Below are positions 1-7,734 of a stretch of 64,000 nt of DNA, piece after piece; the stretch's first letter is position 1, and each line of letters starts with the position of its first letter. The translations under genes were made by a program, and so were the position numbers. The notes under the pieces are model-generated. The model was not told the DNA's origin, ran no database searches, and worked only from the letters and a program-made list of their open reading frames with translations. Origin of the DNA: Roseibium sp. (GTDB lineage Bacteria; Pseudomonadota; Alphaproteobacteria; Rhizobiales; Stappiaceae); assembly GCF_048261595.1 (NCBI RefSeq), contig NZ_JBLXFW010000007.1, positions 6,180-70,179 of the forward strand. Direction: 5' to 3'.

Positions 1-147
1 GAGGTGTCGGAGGACCGTCTGGAGGCATTGGCGAGGGAAGTTTCCGGCCAGGTTGAAAGCGGCGATCCCGAGGTTGACGCAGTGCTTCGCGAGATCGAAT
101 TGAGGGTCAAGGTGGAGCTCGCGAAGCTTGGCCGATTCAGTGACTGA
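1..147 (+). CDS. fliX: 3' end of flagellar assembly regulator FliX (partial, runs off window)
   Basis: Frame 1 is open from base 1 to TGA at 145-147 and reads ...DAVLREIELRVKVELAKLGRFSD. This resembles the FliX C-terminus; fliX-dksA adjacency is typical of Hyphomicrobiales. Confidence 0.7.
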   Translation, partial: EVSEDRLEALAREVSGQVESGDPEVDAVLREIELRVKVELAKLGRFSD

Positions 148-323
148 ACTTCCCCAACGGACGGTGATGCGATGGCCCGTAATTTGGTCAAATACACGCC
201 GATCGGCTTATCCAATTGAATTAACTATGTTTTTTATAACGCGATTTTTACCAAAACGACCGTTGTCGGCTGTTGGCTTGGCCTATATATTGCCCGCGGC
301 CTTACGGTAATTCGGAGCTATCG

Positions 324-740
324 ATGACGGTTGAACTTGAGTCTGCATATCGACCCACCGAAGACGAGCCGTTCATGAACGACCGGCAGCGCGAGTACTT
401 CAAGAACAAGCTGCTGGCCTGGAAGGAAGACATCCTGAAGGAAAGCAAGGAGACCCTCGCCAACCTGCAGGAAGAAAGCCAGAACCATCCTGACTTTGCC
501 GACCGCGCCTCGTCTGAGACGGATCGTTCCATCGAGTTGCGTGCGCGCGATCGGCAGAGAAAGCTGATTGCTAAGATCGATGCCGCCCTCGAGCGAATCT
601 CCGATGGCAGTTACGGGTATTGCGAAGAGACCGGTGAACCGATCTCGGTCCGCCGCCTCGAAGCCAGACCGATCGCAACGTTGTCGATCGAAGCGCAGGA
701 AGCCCATGAGCGCCGCGAGAAAGTCTATCGGGACGATTGA
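324..740 (+). CDS. dksA: RNA polymerase-binding protein DksA (alphaproteobacterial one-Cys form)
   Basis: PFMNDRQREYFKNKLLAWK, DFADRAS coiled-coil tip, GSYGYCEETGEPI...RPIATLSIEAQE. ATG 324 is preceded by GGAG. Confidence 0.95.
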   Translation: MTVELESAYRPTEDEPFMNDRQREYFKNKLLAWKEDILKESKETLANLQEESQNHPDFADRASSETDRSIELRARDRQRKLIAKIDAALERISDGSYGYCEETGEPISVRRLEARPIATLSIEAQEAHERREKVYRDD

Positions 741-773
741 CCTTTCCGTCTGAGAGCGGGTTGCTGAAGTATG

Positions 774-802
774 ACCCTCCCGGTCGCCGGGAGGGTTTTT
801 TG
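774..802 (+). terminator. Intrinsic terminator of dksA
   Basis: ACCCTCCCGG-TCG-CCGGGAGGGT followed by TTTTTG. Confidence 0.85.
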
Positions 803-887
803 TTGTTTGCAGACGGAATGGGGCGGCTGCGCTTTCATTTCCCAAGTGGATAATCCGGTGGCTGCGGTAGCCCTCCGCGGAAATGAA

Positions 888-927
888 AACGGGTCCGATG
901 TTCGGGGAGCGAGACATCGGACCCGTT
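888..927 (-). terminator. Probable terminator of the flgFGAH operon
   Basis: Perfect 14-bp stem AACGGGTCCGATGT/ACATCGGACCCGTT, with a T-run on the minus strand after the stem. Confidence 0.6.
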
Positions 928-1000
928 GTCAGCACCCCGTGGAAGGCTTCTAGAACACCTTCCAGGGGTGCCGGGGGAGCTTTGAGTTGTTCTCTCGTCC

Positions 1001-1753
1001 TTAGAAGGGGAGCAGGATGTCGAGAACCTGGTTGCCGTAGCGCGGTTGCTGCACTTCGGTGATCTGGCCGCGCCCGCCATACCCGATGCGGGCCTCGGCG
1101 ATCTTTTCGCTGGCAATCCTGTTGTCGGAACTGATGTCTTCCGGGCGGACGATGCCGGCGACGATCATCTCGCGGACCTCGAAGTTCACGCGCACTTCCT
1201 GGCGGCCTTCGATAACGAGGTTGCCGTTCGGCAATACCTGCAGAACGACCGCGGCAACTGTCGTCTCGAGTTTTTCCTCGCGGTCGACGCTGCCTTGTCC
1301 GGAGAAGTTCGAATTGCTGTTTACGGAGCCGAGGTTGCTCGCCGAAACGCCGGCTGGCAGCAGCAGCGTGTCGATTGCCGTTCCGAGCGCGCCGCCCGTA
1401 CCAGCGCCGTTGCTGTCGGAGCGTGAGCGCTGTGTACTGTTGTCGAATTCGGCCTTGTCCGAAATCGTCACGACAACGGTCAGGATATCACCGACCTGCT
1501 TTGCCCGCTGGTCCTCGAAGAAGGCGCGGTTGCCGGAGCGCCAGAGCGAGTTGGGGCTGTAATGGGCCTTTTGCGGCTCGGGCATGGGCATCTGGACCGG
1601 GCGGTACCCCGCAGTGGTGGTCGGATCCTGGATGGCGTTGAGCGGAGGCTGTTGTCCGATCTGGGCCAGGCGGTCAGGGGTTCCGCAGGCCGCAACCATG
1701 CTGGCAAGGGAAATGCTGACAAGGAGCGTTTTGGTGAAGGACGACGTGGTCAT
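1001..1753 (-). CDS. flgH: Flagellar L-ring protein FlgH
   Basis: Lipobox MVAAC; SLW, F.DQRA..VGDILTV, VLPNGNLVIEGRQEVRVN and QQPRYG motifs. Confidence 0.95.
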   Translation of the reverse strand: MTTSSFTKTLLVSISLASMVAACGTPDRLAQIGQQPPLNAIQDPTTTAGYRPVQMPMPEPQKAHYSPNSLWRSGNRAFFEDQRAKQVGDILTVVVTISDKAEFDNSTQRSRSDSNGAGTGGALGTAIDTLLLPAGVSASNLGSVNSNSNFSGQGSVDREEKLETTVAAVVLQVLPNGNLVIEGRQEVRVNFEVREMIVAGIVRPEDISSDNRIASEKIAEARIGYGGRGQITEVQQPRYGNQVLDILLPF

Positions 1754-2730
1754 TGCTTGCCCCCTTCGAGGCTGGCGACAATCGGGTTGGATGGAGCAAT
1801 GCGGACCTGCCCGCGGGAGGTTACGGTCGCAGGAATAATTCGGCGGGACTGGAGGTTCATCACGTCGATGACGTCGCCTTCGGCGCCTTCATCGATGGCC
1901 TGCCCGCGCGTGGTCAGCTTCATGCCTGGCAGTTCGAACGTTACAGTCACCTTGTCGCCACGGGCGACGAGGACGGGACGTTCGAAATCGTTCCGGGCGA
2001 TCGGGCTGTTGGCGCGCAGGTTCTGCCGCGCTGCAAGACCGATGACGGCATCAGCGCTCAAAAGTGCATCGGCCGGAACCTGCTGGCGTGCAAGGCGCAC
2101 GGTGGTCAGGCTTCCTTCCTTCAGGATCGCGCCGCGTGTCAGGGGCTGCGACAGGGCCACGACTTCCATCATCTCGCGGGCATAGCCCGTCAGGTTCAAC
2201 TGCTGGCGGCCGCGCGGTCCCTCGATGCCGAGGAACAGCGTGAAACGCCCATCGGTTCGTGACCAGAGCACGCGCTCGACACTGATGGGCTGGACAGCGG
2301 CTGGGTTGGCCTGGATCGGTCCCGGATTGCGGTGGAAGGTGATCTCGAGATCCTGCGGGACCAGCGATGCGTCGCGGCGCGCAAGAGCCTCTGCCGCCAG
2401 TTGTTGCAGGCGCGGCAGGTCGTAGATTTCCGCACGGCGATGAACCGTTACCCGAGACAGGCCGTCGGTTCCGGCCATCACCAGGCCAGCTGCCCGAGCA
2501 CGTTTTGCGACCGTCTCGGCCGGGACATCGCCCGAGGTGCCAAGGTCGGGCGAACGGAACAGCGGGACATCGGCAAAGGCGCCGGCACTGGTGTAGAAAT
2601 CGCCGACGGTGACGATTTCCGAGAGCGTGCTGACCTGCGAGCGCAGGACCGGGCGTGTTTCGGCCGATACTGTCGAGCTCGTCCAGACAAGACCGGCGAC
2701 AATTCCGGCAAGAGCGATCAGGCGTTTCAT
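1750..2730 (-). CDS. flgA: Flagellar P-ring formation chaperone FlgA
   Basis: Signal peptide; C-terminal LVARGDKV...GQAIDEGAEGDVIDVMNLQSRRII (SAF/ChapFlgA); lies between flgG and flgH. Confidence 0.9.
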   Translation of the reverse strand: MKRLIALAGIVAGLVWTSSTVSAETRPVLRSQVSTLSEIVTVGDFYTSAGAFADVPLFRSPDLGTSGDVPAETVAKRARAAGLVMAGTDGLSRVTVHRRAEIYDLPRLQQLAAEALARRDASLVPQDLEITFHRNPGPIQANPAAVQPISVERVLWSRTDGRFTLFLGIEGPRGRQQLNLTGYAREMMEVVALSQPLTRGAILKEGSLTTVRLARQQVPADALLSADAVIGLAARQNLRANSPIARNDFERPVLVARGDKVTVTFELPGMKLTTRGQAIDEGAEGDVIDVMNLQSRRIIPATVTSRGQVRIAPSNPIVASLEGGKQ

Positions 2731-2742
2731 GATGCTGCCTCC

Positions 2743-3525
2743 TTACCGGATGTTGGTGGTGGTGGAGTACATTTCGTCGGCGGCCTGGATGATGCGTGAG
2801 TTCATCTCGTAGGCGCGCTGGGCGGAAATGAGATCTGCGATCTCGGTCACCGCGTCGACGTTGGACATCTCGAGGTAACCCTGTTGCAGGTCGCCAAAAC
2901 CGTTATTCCCGGGATTGTCGATCTGGGCGGCGCCACTTGCGTCCGTTTCCAGGTAGAGGTTGTCACCGATGGCTTCGAGACCGGACTTGTTGACGAAGCG
3001 CGCCAGCTGGATCTGGCCAAGATTGGCCTGGTTGCCGGCACCGTCGATGACCTGAACCGTTCCGTCACCCGAAATCGTGATGTCACGGGAATCTTCCGGG
3101 ATGACGATGCCCGGATCGACGGCATAGCCGTCAATGGTCACCAGGGTACCGTTGGCGTCGCGTTCGAATGAACCGTCGCGGCTATAGGCGGTGGCGCCGT
3201 CGGGCAGCTGGATCTGGAAGAAACCTTCACCGCGGATCGCGATATCCAGCTCCTTGCTGGTCTGCTCCAGAACGCCCTGGGACATGATGCGGGCCGTTGC
3301 AGCCGTCTTCACACCGGAACCGATCTGGACACCGGTCGGAACGATGGTGCCGGCGTTGGATGTCTGGGCGCCCATACGGCGCAGGTTCTGGTAGAGCAGA
3401 TCCTGGAAGTCTGCGCGCTGCTTCTTGAAGCCGGTGGTGCGCATGTTGGCGACGTTGTTGGAGATGACTTCGACGTTCAACTCCTGTGCCTTCATCCCGG
3501 TCGCAGCGATATGGAGTGCTTTCAT
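2743..3525 (-). CDS. flgG: Flagellar distal rod protein FlgG
   Basis: ISNNVANMRTTGFKK, FQDLLYQ, YSRDGSF, GYLEMSNV motifs; 260 aa. Confidence 0.95.
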   Translation of the reverse strand: MKALHIAATGMKAQELNVEVISNNVANMRTTGFKKQRADFQDLLYQNLRRMGAQTSNAGTIVPTGVQIGSGVKTAATARIMSQGVLEQTSKELDIAIRGEGFFQIQLPDGATAYSRDGSFERDANGTLVTIDGYAVDPGIVIPEDSRDITISGDGTVQVIDGAGNQANLGQIQLARFVNKSGLEAIGDNLYLETDASGAAQIDNPGNNGFGDLQQGYLEMSNVDAVTEIADLISAQRAYEMNSRIIQAADEMYSTTTNIR

Positions 3526-3546
3526 TGTTCAGGTCCTTCGTTGCGA

Positions 3547-4287
3547 TCAGGCTTCAAGCCGGCCAAGTGTCTGGATTGCCTGCTTGCGCAGGTCGTCGGT
3601 GTCGGCCATCAGCTTGCTGACGGTCTCGTAGGCGCGCGTGATGCGAACCATGTGAGCGATTTCGATGACGCCTTGCACATTCGACTGCTCAAGGCCGCCC
3701 TGGATTACGCGGGCCTGAGCGAAGTCGACCGGGTTTTCGTGGAAGTAGGTGTTCTCACCAAGAGCCTTGAGGTTTTCCGGGTCCTCGAAGGTAACGATGC
3801 GAAGCTGGCCGCGAATGCCCAGCTCGGAGACGATCGTGCCGTCCTCCGCGATGTCGACCTTCCCGTCTTCACGGGTAAAGATGACCGGACCACCGTCGGT
3901 CAGGACAGGTTGCCCCTCGGCAGTCACAAGGACGCCGGTCGGCGACAGGTGGAACGCGCCATTGCGGGTGAAGGCCTCGGTGCCGTCTTCCCGCTGAACA
4001 ACCATCCAGCCTTCGCCGTCGACGGCAATGTCGAAATCATTGCCGGTCAGCTTGATGCTGCCCTGGTTGAAATTCAGGCCTGCGCCATAGTCCTGGACAT
4101 AGGAAAGGTTCTTGTCGCCCTGCATGAATTCCGTGGCTTCCGCCAGCGGCATCAGGACTTCCTCGAACACCATACGCTGCGTCTTGTAACCTGTCGTGGT
4201 TATGTTGGCCATGTTGTTGGCCACCATGTCCATCTGATTCCGTAAGGACATCTGACGCGACAAGGTTATGAGCTGTGCGTTCTCCAT
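3547..4287 (-). CDS. flgF: Flagellar basal-body rod protein FlgF
   Basis: Start taken at MENAQLITLSRQ; ANNMANITTTGYK, FTRNGAF, LEQSNV motifs. Confidence 0.93.
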   Translation of the reverse strand: MENAQLITLSRQMSLRNQMDMVANNMANITTTGYKTQRMVFEEVLMPLAEATEFMQGDKNLSYVQDYGAGLNFNQGSIKLTGNDFDIAVDGEGWMVVQREDGTEAFTRNGAFHLSPTGVLVTAEGQPVLTDGGPVIFTREDGKVDIAEDGTIVSELGIRGQLRIVTFEDPENLKALGENTYFHENPVDFAQARVIQGGLEQSNVQGVIEIAHMVRITRAYETVSKLMADTDDLRKQAIQTLGRLEA

Positions 4288-4354
4288 ATTAACAAATCCC
4301 TTTGCTCCCCGGTGAGCCGCCGAACTCCCCAGAACGGCGCCTCGCATGGTTAAT

Positions 4355-4371
4355 TGCAGGACCCGTGCCAA
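4355..4371 (-). promoter_or_regulatory. Sigma54 (-24/-12) promoter of the flgFGAH operon
   Basis: Minus strand TTGGCACGGGTCCTGCA matches TGGCAC-N5-TTGC with one mismatch, ~70 bp upstream of flgF. Confidence 0.75.
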
Positions 4372-4454
4372 AATCTAAATCTTTGAAAAAAATGGGTAAA
4401 ACCGAGACAAGGGTGGTGCGATGGGAAAAGGTTTCCGGCACATATTAACCACTT

Positions 4455-4467
4455 GGCAATTTTTGCC
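4455..4467. promoter_or_regulatory. ftr-like (FlbD-type) inverted repeat
   Basis: GGCAA-TTT-TTGCC about 85-95 bp upstream of the sigma54 promoter; a related GGAAA-N3-TTTCC lies near 4424-4436. Confidence 0.45.
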
Positions 4468-4479
4468 GACTCGCGCCAG

Positions 4480-4507
4480 TTAACGATTTGGTAACCATTC
4501 GTTAACC
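4480..4507 (+). promoter_or_regulatory. Overlapping CtrA boxes upstream of fliL
   Basis: TTAA-CGATTTG-GTAA-CCATTCG-TTAACC: two TTAA-N7-TTAA boxes, each with one mismatch. Confidence 0.7.
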
Positions 4508-4566
4508 ATTTCTGGCTTTAGAAACATATACGCGCGCGCAATCGCGCAACGGATCTGGAGTGGACG

Positions 4567-5076
4567 ATGGCGGACGAAGACGCTGCTGCTGGCGCCGATG
4601 GCGAAGAAGGTGCTGAAGGCGGCGGTGGCGGCAAGAAGAAGCTGATCCTCTTTGGCGGCATCGGCCTTGTCGTTCTGCTGGCGGCCGGAGGAGGGGCCTA
4701 TTTCTTCCTGATGGGAGGAACCCCGCCTCCGCCAGCGCCTGACGGCACGCAACCGGTCCAGGAAGAACAGAAACCGGTCGTGTTTTACGACCTGCCGGAG
4801 ATGACGGTAAACCTGGCTACAGAAGGCCGGACAACCTACCTCAAGGTGCGCATCGCGCTGGAGGTTCAGGACCGGGCAATGATCGACCAGATCTCGCCGT
4901 ATCTGCCGCGAATTCTCGATGCTTTCCAGATCTATCTGAGAGAGCTTCGCCCTGCGGACCTAGAAGGGTCTGCTGGTCTGTTTCGTCTGAAGGAAGAATT
5001 GCTCAGGCGCATCAATCTCTCTGTCTATCCGGCACGAGTCGAGGGTGTCCTGTTCAAGGAAATTCTCGTCCAGTAG
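4567..5076 (+). CDS. fliL: Flagellar basal body-associated protein FliL
   Basis: GGKKKLIL plus one TM helix; FYDLPEMTVNL, YLKVRIALE, LKEELLRRIN, LFKEILVQ. Confidence 0.95.
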   Translation: MADEDAAAGADGEEGAEGGGGGKKKLILFGGIGLVVLLAAGGGAYFFLMGGTPPPPAPDGTQPVQEEQKPVVFYDLPEMTVNLATEGRTTYLKVRIALEVQDRAMIDQISPYLPRILDAFQIYLRELRPADLEGSAGLFRLKEELLRRINLSVYPARVEGVLFKEILVQ

Positions 5077-5098
5077 TGCCAGTACCTGATGGTGCGAC

Positions 5099-6334
5099 AT
5101 GGCTGACGATGACGACGACGATCTGTCCGAAGAGGATATGGCTGATGCCTGGGGTGCTGCCCTGGCAGAGCAAGGCGCGGGCGACGGCGAAGACGATGAT
5201 CTAGCCGCGGCCTGGGGTGCTGCGCTCGAGGAGCAGGGTGCCGGTAGCTCCGACGACATGGCTGCCCAGTGGGCGGCGATGATCGATGACAGCGAGCCGG
5301 ACCTTGAAAACGCAACGCGCGGCGCCGACCGTGTCCTGAACCAGGAGGAAATCGACAACCTTCTCGGCTTCAACATCGAGGACACGATCGCCGGTGACCA
5401 GAGCGGTATCCGGGCGCTGATCAACTCGGCAATGGTCTCCTACGAGCGCCTGCCGATGCTTGAAATCGTGTTCGACAGGCTTGTCCGCCTGACGACCACG
5501 TCCTTGCGCAACTTCACGTCCGACAACGTTGAAGTGTCTCTGGATTCGATCAGCTCCGTACGTTTCGGCGATTACCTGAACTCGATTCCCCTGCCTGCGA
5601 TCCTTGGCGTGTTCAAGGCTGAGGAGTGGGATGGTTTTGGCCTGATCACGGTCGAGTCGAGCCTGATCTACTCGATCATCGACGTGCTCCTGGGTGGCGG
5701 ACGCGGCACGACTGCGGTCCGCGTCGAGGGCCGGCCCTACACGACGATCGAAACGGGTCTCGTGCAGCAGATGGTGTCGCTGATCCTGCAGGATGCGGAG
5801 CATGCGTTTGCGCCGCTCTCGCCGGTTCATTTCAATCTTGAACGTCTGGAAACCAATCCGCGGTTCGCGGCAATTTCACGTCCGGCCAACGCGGCCATCC
5901 TCGTGGAACTGCGGATCGACATGGAAGATCGCGGCGGCACCGTCGAGATCATGATGCCCTATGCAACGCTGGAGCCGATTCGCGATCTGCTGCTCCAGAT
6001 GTTCATGGGCGAGAAGTTCGGCCGTGACCCGATCTGGGAAGGCCACCTGGCAACCGAGATTCACGCAGCGGAAGTCATGGTTGATGCGGTTCTTTACGAG
6101 ACCCATCTGCCGCTCAGCCGCATCCTGAGCCTTGATGTTGGGCAAACATTGGTTTTCGACGTCGACCCGGCGGATCCCGTCTTGCTAAAATGCGGCAACA
6201 TTCCCCTGACCGAGGGAACGCTTGGAAAGGTGGACGATTCGATCGCGATCCGCGTTGCCAAGAACTTGCGTAAACCGAAGATGACGCTGGCTGCATTCGA
6301 GCGCGCCATGCAAAGCGAAATGGAGGCGAATTGA
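5099..6334 (+). CDS. fliM: Flagellar motor switch protein FliM
   Basis: RVLNQEEIDNLL CheY-binding motif, YERLPMLEIVFDR, C-terminal SpoA-like domain. Confidence 0.95.
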   Translation: MADDDDDDLSEEDMADAWGAALAEQGAGDGEDDDLAAAWGAALEEQGAGSSDDMAAQWAAMIDDSEPDLENATRGADRVLNQEEIDNLLGFNIEDTIAGDQSGIRALINSAMVSYERLPMLEIVFDRLVRLTTTSLRNFTSDNVEVSLDSISSVRFGDYLNSIPLPAILGVFKAEEWDGFGLITVESSLIYSIIDVLLGGGRGTTAVRVEGRPYTTIETGLVQQMVSLILQDAEHAFAPLSPVHFNLERLETNPRFAAISRPANAAILVELRIDMEDRGGTVEIMMPYATLEPIRDLLLQMFMGEKFGRDPIWEGHLATEIHAAEVMVDAVLYETHLPLSRILSLDVGQTLVFDVDPADPVLLKCGNIPLTEGTLGKVDDSIAIRVAKNLRKPKMTLAAFERAMQSEMEAN

Positions 6335-6936
6335 TGAGCCCTTTGCCCATCGGAATGATTATCGAGGGGCTGGTTGCGGTTTTGCTTCTGGTCACCATCG
6401 GATACTGCTTTACCCTGAACAAGCGATTGCAGCGACTTCGCGCGGATGAGGAAACTCTTCGTGCCACCATCTCCGAGCTGATGACGGCGACGGAGATCGC
6501 CGAGCGTGCGATCCTCGGCCTCAAGGCTACCGCGAATGAAGCCGACAAGACCTTGGGCGCCCGTCTTGCGGACGCCCAGGAAATGTCTGCAGAGCTTGCC
6601 GCTCAGGTCGGCGAAGGCGAGAAAATCTTCAATCGCATCAGCCAGATCGCGGAAGCGGCACGCACCGCCGCTACCCACCGTGACACTGCCCAGGCTGCAC
6701 CAGCGCCGCGCGCCTATGCGGAGCGTTCCGCCCCGGCTCACGCGCCACGCTACGAGCACGCACATCAGGCTCCGGTCTACGATCCCGCACCCGGTTACGG
6801 AGCCTATGCTCCCGAGCCGGCGGCCGCTCCTGCGCCGCGCCGTTCGGCTCGCGCCGACGACATTCGCAGTGCCGCTGCCGAGGCAACGGCCCGGCTCGAA
6901 CGGTTTCGCAAGCGCTCTGAGGGTGCCGCTGCATGA
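6334..6936 (+). CDS. Flagellar-cluster membrane-anchored coiled-coil protein (DUF6468-like)
   Basis: N-terminal TM IEGLVAVLLLVTIGYC, then LNKRLQRLRADE coiled coil and a Pro/Ala-rich tail; start overlaps the fliM stop. Confidence 0.7.
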   Translation: MSPLPIGMIIEGLVAVLLLVTIGYCFTLNKRLQRLRADEETLRATISELMTATEIAERAILGLKATANEADKTLGARLADAQEMSAELAAQVGEGEKIFNRISQIAEAARTAATHRDTAQAAPAPRAYAERSAPAHAPRYEHAHQAPVYDPAPGYGAYAPEPAAAPAPRRSARADDIRSAAAEATARLERFRKRSEGAAA

Positions 6937-7640
6937 ATTTGCGTCTCCTCCCATTGTTAGCCATTTCAGCCAGCGCCCTTTTGGCGCTGAAGCTGCTCGG
7001 CTTCCTTGTCGGAGGGGAGAACGCAGTCACGCCGATCAAGCAGGCGATCGCCCAGGAAACTCCGGGTGAATCGGCCAGTGCCGACATACCACCTGCGGGC
7101 GACATGCCCCCCGGGGATGCAGCAAGTGACGAGCCGCCGGCCAGCGATGGCCCGCCGCCATTGCCGGACAGTCTCGAGATCGGTGGATCCGCCGCCGAGC
7201 GTGCCGTTCTGGAAAGTCTCGGCAAGCGCCGGCAGGCGCTTGAGCAGCAGGAGGGGCAACTCGACTTGCGTGAAAAGCTCCTGCAGGCAACCGAAGATCG
7301 TATCCAGCGCCGTGTCGATGAATTGAAGAACCTCGAGCAGCGGATCGAGGGAGCGGTCGAGGAGAAGCGCAAGCAGGAGGAGGGCGAGATCGCCGGCCTC
7401 GTGCTGATGTACGAGAGCATGAAGCCGAAAGATGCCGCCCGTATCTTCAATCGACTGGATATGCCGGTCCTTCTGAAGGTCGTTCGGCAGATGAAGCCCC
7501 GCAAGATGGCGGATGTGCTCGGCAAGATGGACCCGGAGGCCGCCGAGCGTCTGACCGTGGCGATTGCCAACTCGGCGAGCGGGGAGGAGCCCGTAGGGCA
7601 GCCGACCACAAACGACCTTCCGAAAATCAATTCAAACTGA
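6933..7640 (+). CDS. motE: MotE-family (MgtE_N-like) flagellar protein
   Basis: Signal/TM segment, coiled coil, LVLMYESMKPKDAARIF...MKPRKMADVLGKMDPEAAERLT motif. Confidence 0.75.
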   Translation: MNLRLLPLLAISASALLALKLLGFLVGGENAVTPIKQAIAQETPGESASADIPPAGDMPPGDAASDEPPASDGPPPLPDSLEIGGSAAERAVLESLGKRRQALEQQEGQLDLREKLLQATEDRIQRRVDELKNLEQRIEGAVEEKRKQEEGEIAGLVLMYESMKPKDAARIFNRLDMPVLLKVVRQMKPRKMADVLGKMDPEAAERLTVAIANSASGEEPVGQPTTNDLPKINSN

Positions 7641-7734
7641 CAGATAGGCCGGCATTTACAGACGTAGTGTAAGGACGCGTTAAGACCGCTTAACTAAAAC
7701 TGAGGCGTTAGGCGGCTTCCAAGGGACGAATAGC

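Noticed and set aside
7680-7694. CtrA box upstream of the TPR gene
   Set aside because: TTAA-GACCGC-TTAA has a 6-nt rather than 7-nt spacer, so it was not called.
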